Shown here: positions 38,493 through 52,080 of the stretch, piece after piece
Position numbering within the stretch: position 1 is the first letter of the stretch
Layout of the letters: every line of letters begins with the position of its first letter
Source of the DNA: Camelus ferus
Taxonomy: Eukaryota
DNA: 64,000 nt
Assembly (NCBI RefSeq): GCF_009834535.1
Contig: NC_045697.1
Coordinates: 41,232,001 to 41,296,000 of the forward strand
Reading direction: 5' to 3'
Program-made: the position numbers and the translations under genes
Notes under the pieces: generated by a model
Database searches by the model: none
What the model was told of the DNA's origin: nothing
The model's input: only the letters and a program-made list of their open reading frames with translations

Positions 38493-41400
38493 TTTGTTCA
38501 GTCTAAAAAGCTAACTCTTAAAATACAGAGATATAAAAACCTTTATAATGTCCTGTATTAGCATAGTAAAAGAGGATTTAAATAAATTTTTAAAAGATTA
38601 AATAATAGTTTTAACGGAATCATAAATATGAATTTTGTAGTTTATAGCATATATCATGTTTCTCTTTAGACAGTAAGAAATTCTTGATTAAGTCTTTTTC
38701 ACATGATGAGGTCAAATATATTTAAAAGGATGCTAAGTGAACCAGGAGTAATTTATAAGCTAGAGTAACATTATTTCCTCTAGTTGTTTTTTTTTTCTTA
38801 GAACTATTTGGTAATATAAAAAACAGAAGAGGAAAATGCACCAGCCACCATTATGGACACTTTATTAATCAGGGCAATGGTGGTTAATCTTTTAGATGAC
38901 ATGGCCAGCCAAGATATTATTTTTATAGGCCTACAGTGAATTTTGCTGTTACTTAACAATCAACTAAGTGACTTTAGACAATCAATCAAATATTCGTAGA
39001 TAGCCAAGAAGTTTTGTATATGTTGTTTCAGGATTCAAAAAATATATCAAGTCCTGAGTTGGTAAAGTACTAAATATACTTTTGAATTTTACTTTTTAAA
39101 CAATCACACTTGGTATAGCAGATAAAACATTAATCTGAATTAAAAATTTAATGAGGTTCATTTCAAAACTTTTTAGGGATTGATATCTGTCAAGTACAAT
39201 GCTAACTTCTAAGAGGATAGAAAGTTCTTTTGGAGCCAAAGCAATTTGCAGAAGAGATTCCCAGTTAACGTAAAATTGTGAATCCTAGTGATAACTAATA
39301 ATAAATAAGTATAAAGGCTAACAGTAAAGTCACACTAGTAGCAAATAAAAAACCCAACTACTGTAGCACAATATTAAACAACAGGATGAGACTTTAACAC
39401 TTTTTCTGAATTTATAGTGTAGATGGCTCCTTTTAAAGACAATCCCCAATTCCAGATTAAGTGTATCAAGCAGTAACTAATTCACACATCATTTTCAACT
39501 GAACAAACATCACACACACTTTAGAGTCAAGATCCTTGGTCAGCTTGTTCTAACAAGTGGCAGAAAGCAGCAAATAATAAATATCTTAGATTTGATCAAT
39601 AGTTGGCTTACTGAGCAAATTCAGAAAGTGCTGAGTAAAATCACTTTCCATTTCAACCAATCTTCCCAGCCTCGTTGAGGTTTCCTTATTACTATAGGCC
39701 CCATATCTTACTTGATTGCAACAATCCCTGTACCTTACTCTTCATTTTCTGCAGATGTGGGTTTAGGTCATCACTGTTCAAATTTTCAAATTTAAAGTCA
39801 TAAGGCCTATAAATCCTTTATCATCTCCCATTACTTTCCCAGTAGTGATGATTTCTAACCTTTACATCTCTCGTCAAACCTCCAATTCTCCACCACTAAC
39901 AAATCATACTCAAAAGCTTGCCTCTTCTGACAGCACTGTCTGCAGATAATGGCATTAAGTGTAAATTCTCTTACAGAACCTTATTTTCATTTCTATTCAT
40001 CAACAGGCCCACATCTATCTTTGTAACATTCCCTTCCATTTTACAGAAAAAAGCTGCTCTTCTTATGACCAAAGCTAACAGCTCTACCTAGAGCTCATTC
40101 TTTCCCATCCAGACAGAGCCCCATGAAAGATTACTCTTTTGCACACTTTCTGGAATTTTAAATCTCTTAATCTCATAGAATCTGTTCTTTCACCATATCC
40201 AATCTAATAAATTTTTCTCACCATGAAATCTCCTAGATCATCCAAATCTCACCTATTTTGCCAACAAATACCATCCTGTTTGCCAACTTCCTTTCTATTC
40301 CTGTCCTTATCGGTATAGTAAAATGGTTGTTTTAAGGTACTAACACTCTACTGATCACACTGTTCTTTTTCTTCCACTCTTCTTTCATCGTCTTTCTTTG
40401 GCTCCCTATGGCATCTGCTGCTGTTGGTCAAGTACTCCTCAACAGACTCTCCTAATGTGCTGTCTTTCATATTACACTTTCTTAGTTCTTTTACTCTTTA
40501 GACACTTCCTTTTCTGTTCCCCTACTCTACTCATTTTCACATGCCATCTTCAGCACTTCTTTTTAACACTTCCTCCCTCCTGAATTGACTCACTTGTATC
40601 TTTTATTCTGCTCTATGACACACCATGCTCATTCCCAGGCATCTAATAATGTCCTCAAGACAGCTGAAGCTCTGACCAAGTGAATCCTTTGATCAACCTA
40701 CACTTTTTTTCCTTAAAACTTTTACTGTACTTGTTCATTGTTTTGTAAAACACATATGGTTTCCTATCTTTCCTATCTGTGTTTTTCTTTAACCTAGACT
40801 TTAAGTTTTTTGGTAGGAACCATTTTCATTTTATTTTGCAGTATTTTTCAATATATAGAAAACAATCCTGAACATAGAGTAGTCAGTCAAATACTTTATA
40901 GCTGTATAATTAGTTTAGGTAAGAAACATATGACATTACAATAAAAATTAATTTATATTCCTTGTAAAACATTCATACTGGTGCTATTTCAACAGAAGTC
41001 AAAATCCTGTGGGTATTTTTTTCTACCGATTTCCATATTTTCACACATTCAAGGGAACATGGAAGATCTGTCCACCTTATTTCCTTTAAGATGTCAACCA
41101 TTTAAGTTTTAAAGTGACCTATATGTAGCTACTATGTCTAAAAAGATTTTACCTGTACATCTGCACAATGTATACTAGAGGCTAAAATCTGAGTGAATAA
41201 GGAGATAAGTCATTCTTTTTTCTCGGTATAATTAATCAGGTTTCTTAGGTTGCTGTTTTGCCCAATATATATAGATGAAAATGGAAGTGAAAGGTAAAGA
41301 ATTCTTGTAAACTGAATCCATGGGCTGTGCCCAATCATTTCATATTTGTAATGAGTCAGAAATAAAGCTCATGGAACCTTATGAGGTAGATATTATTACT

Positions 41401-42019
41401 TCCATTTTACAGATCAGACACAGACAAATAAAATTACCTATCCAAAATGACTCAAATTACCTATCCAAAATAACTCTAGTTACTAAAAGAGCTAAAATGC
41501 AAACCAAGGTCAACCTAAATTCAAAATCTGTACCCTTTCTTCTATATTATGCTTCTAAATTTATGTTTGAGTGTGAATAACAAATCATGGCACTACCTAG
41601 ATTTAGTTTTCAAAAAAGCTAAACATTTAAGGACAGATATAAATATATTAATTTTGTCTCATTAAAGGTTAACAATAACTCAATTTAATATTTAATAGTA
41701 GGTTAAATACTGATTTTTAAAAATTACATGCATGATACATATTTATTGTAAGGAATTAGGTTATCAAACAATGCAAAGTACTAAACAGTCCTAATGGCTG
41801 TGAGCCTCCACAGAGTATGAATCCAGTTTCTTAATTATTTTCTAGGGTCAAGACACTTTAATTAGCATAATTTAAGTGCTAGATATCAAGTGGTAAGTTG
41901 ATAAAAACCAAGCCCACCGCCCAAACCTAGCATAGGGTCTATAATTTATCCCTATGTACAACAACTACATTTTATTAAATGGAAACAAACAGAGTCAGAT
42001 GTTAGGATACCTGGAGAAA

Positions 42020-42495
42020 ACAGTAATTGGATCCCCAATATCTACCTTCTTCAGTTACTTTTGGGACAGCCAAATGCCCAGCAAAAAAGAATTCCCAGCA
42101 TCCCTTGATATACGGATGGCCAATATAAGCAGTCACTGGGTAAGGCTTTGAAGAAAATTCCTTAAAAGGATCTGACTCAGCTGGAAGGCACACCTTTTTG
42201 TGCCGCTTCCTCCATTTCTTTCATATTCTGTCTGCCTAGAAGGACAACACTTTGAACAGAATGCTAACAGCCATTTTGTAACCATGTGGCCATCTTGAGA
42301 ATGAAAACCATGCATTAAAGAGGTGGAGAAGAAAAAAAAGATGTCCAGGTTCATTGCCATGTCTTGAAACGGCCATACCATCTCTGGAGTATTACATCTG
42401 GACTTTATATTAGAGAAAAATAAATCTCTGTCTTCTCTAGGCCGTTGTTATGCTAGGTCTCTTGTACTAGCAACCCAATGCAACTTTTAATTGGA
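42020..42495 (+). mobile_element. Ancient MaLR LTR (MLT1J/K-like)
   Basis: ttcccagcatcccttg...ggatggccaat...cagccattttgtaaccatg...gagaaaaataaatctctgtc. Confidence 0.55.
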
Positions 42496-42641
42496 AGAGG
42501 TAAAACAAATAATTCATTGTAGGGACTAGAATAGGGCTGAGTACAAAGAATAGTTCCCAAATCAGTGCTCCTATCATGAGAGATGCTAAGAGATATTCTA
42601 TAAATCTTTCTGTGGTCAAATAAATAAATGAAAATGATACA

Positions 42642-43620
42642 TAGCTGGCGCTCTGTAACCACAGGTTCCACAACCACAGATTCAATCAACCTGGAATGGA
42701 AGATGTATGGGGGAAAAAAAATTCCAGGAAGTTCCAAAAAGCAATACTTGAATTTGCTCCTGGGCATAGATCCAGAGGGAACCCTAATTCAAACAGACAC
42801 CTCCACCCCAGTGTTCATGGCAGCACTATTTACAATTGCCAAGACATGGAAACAACCTAAATTTCCATTGACAGATGACTAGATAAAGAAGTTGTGGTAT
42901 ACTTATACAATGGAATACTACTTAGCCATAAAAAATGATAAAATAATTCCATTTGCAGCAACATGGATAGCACTGGAGAATGTCATTCTAAGTGAAGTAA
43001 GCCAGAAAGAGAAAGAAAAATACCATATGATATCCCCCATATGTGGAATCTGAAAAAAAAATGGATGAACTTACATACAAAACAGAGACAGATACACAGA
43101 CATACAATACAGACTTGTGGTGGCCAACAGGGAGAGGGTTGGGAAGGGATAAGCTGGGAGTTCGAGATTTCAGATACTGACTGGTATATATAAAATAAAG
43201 AAGTTTATACTGTATAGCACAGGGAAATATACTCAATATCTTGTAGTAGCTTATGGTGAAAAGAATATGAAAATGAATATATGTATATTCCATGTATGAC
43301 TGAAGAATTGTGCTGTACACAGAAATTGACACAACATTGTAAACTGAATATACCTCAATAAAAAAAAAGGAAAGGTTTAAAAAAACAACAAAAACCCCCT
43401 TGAATTTGCTGCATACTGGCAACTATTTACATAGTATTTACATTGTGTTAGATACTATAAGTAATCTAGAGATGATTTAAAGTATATGGGAGGATTTGCC
43501 TGGGTAATATATGTAAATGCTACATACTCCATTTTATATAAGGGACTTGAACATCCTCAGATTTTATATTCATGGGAGTCCTGGAATCAATCCCCTGGAG
43601 AATACCAAGGGACAACTGTA
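42642..43620. mobile_element. Tigger MITE (MER2/MER2B-like) split by a younger L1
   Basis: Left half cacagattcaatcaacc...gttccaaaaagcaatacttgaatttgc. Right half taagtaatctagagatgatttaaagtatatgggagga...ccattttatataagggacttga...caagggacaactgta. Confidence 0.8.
42759..43398 (+). mobile_element. Lineage-specific 5'-truncated L1 (ORF2 C-terminus, 3'UTR, poly(A))
   Basis: Translation TPVFMAALFTIAKTWKQPK matches the L1 ORF2 C-terminal region. TSD CTTGAATTTGCT at 42747-42758 and 43399-43410. Confidence 0.92.
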
Positions 43621-44439
43621 TATGTTATCATCTTGGAGATTCATAAGGTATATTAGTATATTCAAGGTTCTAAAAGTGCACACAGTATCAGTTAGGACAA
43701 ATGTCTACAAATACTTGCTAAAGAAGTTTAGGTTATGTTACACAACATTTACTCTCGCGGCACAGCAATGTAAGATTCACAAATATTAAGTAATACCACT
43801 GTTTATGAGACTGTGAACATGTACATTTAAATATATTAGAATTTATGTATCTGAGAGTGTTACTTTCACAATAGACATTTTGGGTGGATACATACCCTTG
43901 TCCTCAAACACAGTATTATCAGTGACATTTCTGGGACTCTCCTTTCTAATCAGGTTTACAGTCATATTTTAAAAGTCACTTCTTTTACTTTATAACCATT
44001 TTTCATTTTAATTGAAAGCATTAAATTCTCCTTAATCCTTATTATATACTCCTTAATCACTCACCTTTCTATAACATGAATATATTATTTAATTGAATCA
44101 AACCCACTATCAAAGAAGAGATGTACCACTAAAAAGGATCTTCAAAACAGCATGCTATATGCTCTAAAAATAAGCTCCAAAACAGGAGATACAGTGTTCT
44201 AAAAATGAATGGTCTGGAGAGGATGACATTTCTACAAGTTTCATGAAGTGTGTGTGAAAATCAGGTACAGGTTACATATATCAATGAGTTCAAGTAACAA
44301 GTGAAAGAAAAATAAATATGGAGCCCAAGGAACAAAGTAGGGCCATAAACTTTGAAACAAAATAACATATTTAAGTTTATATATTACTTTTACCCAGTGT
44401 TAAAAAAAAAAACTTGTTATAAATAAAAATATACCAAAA

Positions 44440-44700
44440 ACAATAATAGCTAATATTTATTATATACTTAGTATGCATTAAGTATCGCTCTAAGTGCTAT
44501 ACATGTATTAATTTATTTAGTCCTTACAACAATTCCATAAAAGAGGCCTGGTTATTATCCTTATTTTGAAGATGAGAAAAATTAAGCACAGTAAAAAATT
44601 TGCACAAGATCACAGAGCCTGTATATCAGAGTCAGAAATTAAAACCTAGGCCGACTGGCTTGAGTCTATGCCCTAAATCCCATGCTATACTGTCTCTCTA
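44440..44700 (-). mobile_element. MIR
   Basis: aataatagctaatatttatt...ctaagtgct...tccttacaacaa...ttattatccttattttgaagatgagaaaa...caagatcacagagc. Confidence 0.75.
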
Positions 44701-47419
44701 AATCAGACAGGAGTAGTCAACACCATGCACAGCTGCATCTAAAAACAATTCATATATATTCAGTTCAGTACCCACATATTTGTAAAGTTTTTACATATTA
44801 TTTAATTTTTATCTTCACATCTGTTCTGTGTGGATATATCCTGTCAACAGATTCCTTTACCTGGCATGAACTCAGATGACTGAAGATATGTGGCCATAGA
44901 CTATTCCATTTACCTGCTGTTTTGGAAATGTGTCCTCTCTACGTATCACCAGTGTCTAGTAGAGCACCTGGCACTGTATAGGAATTTGATGTACACTTAC
45001 TGAGTAAAGAACAATTAAAAAGGGAGCTGGCCATGAGAATGTGGTTAGATGAGTCCAGGTTCACCATTACTGCTACTAGAAAATCACTCAACTGGCTTGG
45101 TTCACCAACAGTGACTCTTTAATACCCCTTTAGGTGGAAGAACAGTATTATCTATTTTTTAGTTAAATCTCAGTATCTCAATACAATCTTAAAACATCTT
45201 TGAAGTTAGATGAGGTCTTGATGTACTAACATAAACACTGAGAAAGAATCAAATGAAATCTTATTTAAAAAACATAGCTCGGTTTGGTCTTCAGTTACAC
45301 AACAAATGTGATATATTGTGTGACCATATTAAGTATTTTATTTAAAAGTTGAAGGAAATTCCCACTAAATTTTAATAATGTAAAATAATATGGTCTAGAT
45401 TTTTTCATTGTAACTTTAAGAATTATAGAACTAGGAAGGATATGTTGACTTGAATTATAACTAAAATAGCAATATTGCCAGGTAGTATATAATAACACAT
45501 ATCCTATTTGCTATTTATTTCTATACACCTCAAAGCAGTGCCAGAATTTCAAAGCTCTGATTGAGCACAACTGAATGGTATATAACCACAATACAGTTTC
45601 AGCTAGTTTAGATTTGATAATTGGATATTCCTCAACTAAATTATATTTATTACATATATTTTTAAAGTGTCAGCTTTATTAAATCTAAGAGGTTCTTGTT
45701 TATCATTTTTAACTGAAGTGTAGTTGATCAGTTTTTAAAAAAAAAAAACACTTATTTCAGCATTCATGAAGTGCAACTATAAGGATACGTTAGCTTTTGT
45801 AAATTTTCACAGAGTACTCAGAAAACTGAGGTATGCTACATTTGAATCATTGCCTGAAGGTCCTTCCTTTATGTATAGAAACTAGCGTCAGAATAAAATC
45901 AAAATAGGTTGTGTAAAGAATGAATTTAACCAATTATGTTTAAATAATCCCATGAAATTACATCTCAGCACAAGTCAAGAATATGAAAGACACTGAGGGG
46001 GGAATGAATTTATCACTCAAAATCTTACAATAAGGGAAACTCTTGTGTCAAAATACTGATTATTTCTTTTTACTTCAAAAACTAGATTACACTATATTTT
46101 CTGGAAGATATATTTGACTAAGATCTACAATAAATAATCCCTTAATAGTTTAAGTGTTCATTTGAAAAAGTATACTTTTCTAGAAAAAGCGCTTAATATT
46201 TCATCAGTGCTAAAAGTAACTAAGTTTCTTAAAACGGTTCCTTTCTTTTAAAAAATTCCCAGGCTATATCCTTCTTCCAAACAAACAACAAAAAACAAAC
46301 AAAAACCCCCCAAACCCCACCAACTTTGAATATTTTTAACACATTCTCAGGTTATAGAATCTTTCTATCCTTAATTTAAATTATTCAACAAGAATAGCTC
46401 ATTTTTGTTCCACAACTGCACAAGAACAAAAAGGAAAAGCATTAAAATATGAAAATGATACTGTAAACAAAATATTCCATCAGACATCCTTTTGATAAAA
46501 TAACTCTCAACATTCTGGATCAAATTGGTCTGAACTGAGTAGGTAAAAAAACATATGTTTACATAAAAAGAAATACAGCATCTACCAATAAGGAAAAAAA
46601 ACAAAAAACAAAGAAGGAATACCTTTAATTAAAAATACTTTGTTTCCATTTCTATCCATTTTAGTGTGTTTCTACTCAGAACATATTAACCCAATAAAGA
46701 AAACTTTTGACCTTTTTAAGGTCTGTTAAGGAGGGGGTGCAGCTGAGATAAACTACAGGGCAGTTTCTTCTAAGCTGTGCATCAGTGGTTAACAAGTGAC
46801 AAACACTATTAAAATTCATGACATAATGTTAGCTTCTAATCATCTCAAACTGTTTAGGAGCCTCATTTTTGCTGAAGGGGATGCTTTCTTGCGGGAAGAA
46901 ATAAAGTTTCTCATGTATCTGTATGTTCATGTTAAAACTAACAAGACGGTTTTCTGTTGGAGTTAAATTATATCATATGACAGCTAAGAGTCTCTATTTG
47001 TAAGAGAAAAAAAAAAAAAAAAAAAAAAGAACCTTCTCCAGATAGAAAAACTCTGAGTCAAATCCTAACACATAAGTTGAAGTGATGAGCTTCTCTATTT
47101 CCTGAAACGACCATAGTACAAGAGCAACGAAGCCGCTGGTTAGATTCCCAGCGTACTGATATAAATAATAAACAGAAGGACAACTCAAGTTTCTCCTCTC
47201 AGTTAACTCTGAAAAGGAAAACCTCACAATTTGATACAAGCAATTGAGGAGAGAGGTAATACAAGCATCAAAAAAGTGATATTTCTCCTCTTAAAAAAAC
47301 TATCAAAAATACATAATTTTAAATTATAAGTCTGAAGGAAATTACTATATATATATACACATATCATATATATATCATTTCAGATGATGAGAAATTGGAA
47401 TACAAATTTTAAAACCTCT

Positions 47420-47965
47420 AGGTTTTTGTGATGATAGAAATGTTCTGTATCTCAGCTCTTCGATACAGTAGCTAATGGCCACAAGTGACTACTGAGCACT
47501 TAAAATGTGCCTAGTGGGAATAAGGAACTGAATTTTAAATTGCATCTAATTAAAATTCATTTAAATTTAACCACATGTGCAGCTCTAAGGAACTGGAGGG
47601 AAATATTTATACCTTAAATTCTGACTCAAATAATAAAAATCCTGTAGATGGGCATATACATAGATGCTTCTGAGACGTATTTTATTCTTTTAAATTCTTG
47701 TGATTTATGTAAAGGAAAGGACTTTACAACATAAAAATGATGCTGTGTTTGTGGGAATCAAGTTTTTTACATTCACCTTCTAGAGAGGACTAGAATATTA
47801 GTTGACAAGTTGGCTCCATGTTGTAATTTATTAGGGAACTTCTAAAAATATGGTTGTCTGGGTCCCACCCCCAAAGTTCTGGTTTAATTGGTCTAAACTG
47901 AGTTCTGAGCATAAAGATTTTTAAAAGCTCCCCAGGTGATTCTAACATGCAGCCAAAGTATCACT
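47420..47965. mobile_element. MER3 fragment (~47420-47585) and MER5-like fragment (~47830-47965)
   Basis: tgatgatagaaatgttctgtatct...gagcacttaaaatgtg...ggaactgaattttaaatt; ctgggtcccacccccaaagttctg...aaagctccccaggtgattctaacatgcagcc. Confidence 0.7.
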
Positions 47966-49677
47966 AAACTAGAAAGAAAAACTCTTTTATTAAGCATAGA
48001 TGCAGTATGCAACCAAGGACATTTCTTTGCTGGTCACCAAAGAGGGCCTTTCAACAACCCAGATTCAAGTCAAAACCCCTGAGGGCTAATATGAGTTACA
48101 GGTTCTAAACATTCAGGAATGATTCGGGTGTACAATCATAAGTTTTTGCTATTATTGACTGTTGTTCAATTATGAAAAAGAGATTAGAAAGGAAGGAAAT
48201 AAACTATGAGCGTCAATTTTTACTTGCCGCCTTTGTGTATATTACTTAATTTCAATCCTCAAAATATCTTGGGAGGTAGATACTATTAAATTATTTACAG
48301 ATGTGGAAAGTAAATTTAAAGACGTTCTCTAGGATTTGGACACGTTTCTGAGACAGTAAAGTACACATTCTTTATACTACAGTAGAATTCTCTCTGAGAA
48401 AGTTTGTTTCGGTTAATTTTCACACTGGAATCAAAGAAAAAAAAAGAAAAAAAGAAAAACCAAGGTTCAATGGTGGAGCACAGGATAAGTCAAAAAACGC
48501 TTAAACAGGTGCTTAAACCAGTTCCTGTTCCTGTATTTCCTCAGCACCTGATAGCAAACTCTGGGAAAAATATGTTCATCTGTGGTTCAAATCTACAGTG
48601 GCCTCAACATTAGACCATTCAGGAGTTGCTGCTTTTTATTCTAAGAAGTTAAACAATTGGTCTCCTACTGCCTCACAAGCTATTAGCTATACTTGTACAT
48701 TCTTTGGACAGGATAGAACAGGATGCTTATTCATAGTGCCTGACACTAAAACAGAAATAAGGCAGGAGTCTTAAAGATGTTTTCATTTTGCCCCCTAGAC
48801 TCACAGGATTGCTAGAATCGTTCCTCCTGGAGCAGTTTACAGACCACAGTTTTGATGTGACATATTTACAGTGCGTATGTAACTTTAACTTAGACCACTG
48901 AATGTCATATTAACTTACTCGCTAAAAACTTTTAAAACCCAGTTCCTGAGTTGTTCAACTCATCTTAATTTTCAAATTAAGAAAAGCTCTCAGAGAAAAA
49001 AATGGGAAGAGCAGAGCAACAGACCCTTACCCTTCCCATCAGCATTAATCCTTCTGAGAGCCAATATCCTCTCTCCTTGTTCAGGCCCTTACCTTGTAAA
49101 GGGACATTAACTCAAATGAGACACACTTGGTTACATCAGAGACCTGACAGGAGAAAACCTTCCATTCACCATTCTAATTAATGGCACAGACTTCTTCAAA
49201 GTATTTTCCAAAATAAGAATATGTTGACAGGAGAAACTCCTACCTCCTACATGCACTGGCAGGAGTATGGTCGTGTTTCCTTCCCATTTCAATGGCTTTT
49301 AATTACAATTTAATTAGACCACAAAAAATGTTTCATAGTTTATTTAAAAATTACAAACTCTGTCAAAGAGGAAGCAGCAGTGGCAGCAGCATACCCCAGT
49401 AGTCCCTGTCTCTAAGTATATTTGGGCTGGGCAATAAGATGAGCTGGAAAAATAATACATCCTCGATTGATATAAGCCACACTGATGCTTTTCCAATCCT
49501 TAACCTATTAAAAGTAGAATAAGGCAAGGATTTAATCTGTTTTTCTTAATAAAAAAATACATAATTCCATACCTACCATCTACCAAAAGCAACTGATTGG
49601 CCAATTTTTACATCCACTTCCTCCATTTGAGGCATGCCTCCAGAAAAATGCAATTTAAGTTTTATAACTTCTGAGTA

Positions 49678-49879
49678 GTTGCAGATACTAACCACTATAT
49701 ATAAAATAGATAAACAAGTTTATACTGCACAGCACAAGGAACTATATTCAATATCTTGTAGTAACTTTGGGTTAAAAAGATTATTTATGTTCCTATATGA
49801 CTGAAGTATTGTGCTGTACACCAGAAATTGACACATTGTAAACTGACCATATTTCAATTAAAAAATAAATTTAAAAAAA
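49678..49879 (+). mobile_element. Short lineage-specific L1 3' terminus
   Basis: Closely similar to 43170-43360 (gtttatactg..agcaca.gga..tat..tcaatatcttgtagta..tgtgctgtacac.agaaattgacac..attgtaaactga), followed by an A-rich tail. Confidence 0.85.
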
Positions 49880-50964
49880 CCAACAATTTTTGACCGTTAT
49901 CATAGTACCAAAATCTGTCCTTTAAATCAATGCTGGTTCTAATGGTTTGTGTATGTCTTACTTGTGACATGAAAAGCTATAAATATTTTTAGATGCTGGT
50001 AATCACCCTCTGAAAAATAAGTAGACTTTATATGCAAGGAAAAGTTTTGGTGGGACAAATGTAAATTCAAAGACAAACCTACACAATGGTTAAAAAAAAA
50101 AAAAGAAAAAGCCATAATACTCTAATTGTAGAAGTGAAAGACACTGCAAATTAGTTCCTCTTCTTAATAACCCCTAGATATTTTTTCTATTTTTAATTCC
50201 AGCTTCCATTCTACCATCTCCCCCACACATACTCCCACAAAGTCTCTAGAACATCAAAGTTAGAACACAATGTTATTAAGAAAAAAGTATAATAAATTTA
50301 AGATTGGATAAAGCAATTCGCCTCTGTATGACCTTCTGAATCAATATGTGCATGAATTTAATAAATAATGCTCCTAATTATATTAACACAAGAAATACTT
50401 TGTACCGTAGCCACAACCAATGCGAATGAAGCAAGTTTTCACTTTGATCCTGCCAACTCAGTCATCAAGAATTTGGGAAAATACCAACATTTGTTTCATA
50501 ATACAGCGACTTCTTTTTTTTCCCCATCCTTTTGCAAACTCGGTAGACATAAATTTAAAAATCTTTCTAATTAGTTACTTGCTCCCTTCAACCCACTGAT
50601 CAGGTGTCCTACATTTTGTTTAGGTCCCCGCCTTGAAAATAAACCCGATTGCCCCATTTTCTGAGAAGTAAACTCAGCTTTAAGCAGCTCCCTATGAAGT
50701 CACCGCGTTTGTTGTTTCAAAGATGCAATTAAGCGAAAATGACACAAGGCTGTCGAAGAGATTAGTTGAAGTGTGTGGTGTCGATGATACATGTGTAAGG
50801 CCAATGAAACTTGTATTGCTGTAAATCTATTTCAGTGCTAACATTTCTCCCCATTCCCCCTTCTCCAATACATTCACAACAGAGGGAATTTAAACTTCGT
50901 AAAAACTTCTTGACTTTACCAAAGTTTCGGTACTACAGTCGCACGGTCGCACGTACGGGCAAGG

Positions 50965-50968
<4 letters not shown>

Positions 50969-50999
<31 letters not shown>

Positions 51000-51049
51000 T
51001 GTGCGTGTGCGTGTGCGTGTGTGTGTGTGTGTGCGTGTGTGTGCGTGCA
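50969..51049. repeat. Compound (GT)n/(GC) alternating purine-pyrimidine microsatellite
   Basis: About 80 bp of uninterrupted purine-pyrimidine alternation: gtgtgt...gcgcgtgtgcgtgtgcgtgtgcgtgtgt...gcgtgca. Confidence 0.97.
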
Positions 51050-51580
51050 ATAAAAGAGTTTGCATCAGGCAATGTCTCTCCGTCTGCCCCCTCTTTCCCA
51101 CCACCCCACCCCCTCTTCCCCGAGCCCTTACATATACAAATTCTTCTGGGCGGCCTCTAACCACACCATGTCCACAGTCATTTACAGAAATTAGAAACAG
51201 ACTCCGGGAGCCTTTCCTTTAGCACGCAAAGAGCAGAGCTGTAGCAGCATGATGGGGCAATGTCACTCCCTATTACCCCACAACTTTTACTCCCCCTCTG
51301 GAGTTTAATTCCCAAGAATCCAGCTTTCCTCCGCGGAGAACTTGGATCTACCTAATTCACAACAAAAGTTCATCTCATTCCTCCCCACCCTAGTCATCCC
51401 ACCCCTACTCTAATTCACCAAAACACTAAAACCAAAGACAAGTTCCTTCCACCAGGGCAACAGGAGTTGATTTTAGGAACTGGAGCAAAAGCAGAGATGG
51501 GGAAGGGAGCAAGTGCGGTGTACTTCGGTTTGCACTTTCTGCACAAGCAGTCCAGAGCCCAGGACAGCTCTAGTCCTTAC

Positions 51581-52080
51581 CTGATCGCCCGGAGACCCGG
51601 TCCTGCTACAGAAGCGCGGGGCGAGGGCTGCGGGGACGCGGCGTCGGGGCGGGCCGCCGGCAGCAGCCGCGGGCGCCGAGAGCCACCACCTCTTCTTCCC
51701 CAAACGGCTGCGGGAGTGGGCCGAAGAATCTGGAGAAGGAGCCTGGGGAGGGGGAGAAGAGGAGCAGCATCTCCTCCTCCTCCACGCCTCGGAAACGCCC
51801 CTCCAGCGGCGACCCCGGCCGACCGCCTAACCCCCGAGCGCTAGCGCACCCTCTCCGCTCTCTGCTGCTCTGCGCTTCTCCAAGGGCTTCGCCAAAACCC
51901 TCTGGCGCGGGGTGGCTCAACTCCTGCAGCCGGCTCCGAGGGCTGCCGAGGCGGACCGCGGAGCCTGGGAGTGCTGCTCGCCTGCACGACGGTCTCTAGG
52001 GGCCGGAATCATGGTGTGTCACCCTCGCCGCGCCGCGGCCGCGGGAGCTACTCGTACCACTCCGGCTCCACCTAGGGCGG
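51581..52080 (-). other. PTPN13: PTPN13 non-coding exon 1 (5'UTR); 5' boundary approximate
   Basis: Lies in the main CpG island of the window. Strong minus-strand donor GATCAG|gtaagg at 51581/51580. Human PTPN13 likewise has a non-coding exon 1 tens of kb upstream of the ATG exon. The TSS is inferred from the position of the GC boxes, not measured. Confidence 0.8.

Noticed and set aside
12450..41477. Scattered short tandem duplications (e.g. 12450-12494, 12970-13015, 17896-17931, 41431-41477)
   Set aside because: Ordinary local slippage or repair duplications, mostly in decayed repeats. They have two copies only and no repeat-spacer array, so they are not CRISPR-like.
7628..49879. Most young poly(A) retro-insertions in PTPN13 intron 1 are antisense to the gene
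   Set aside because: A well-known genome-wide bias from selection against sense-strand poly(A) signals; not specific to this locus.
50811..51222. Cluster of CV/HT-repeat ORFs
   Set aside because: Translations of the GT microsatellite.
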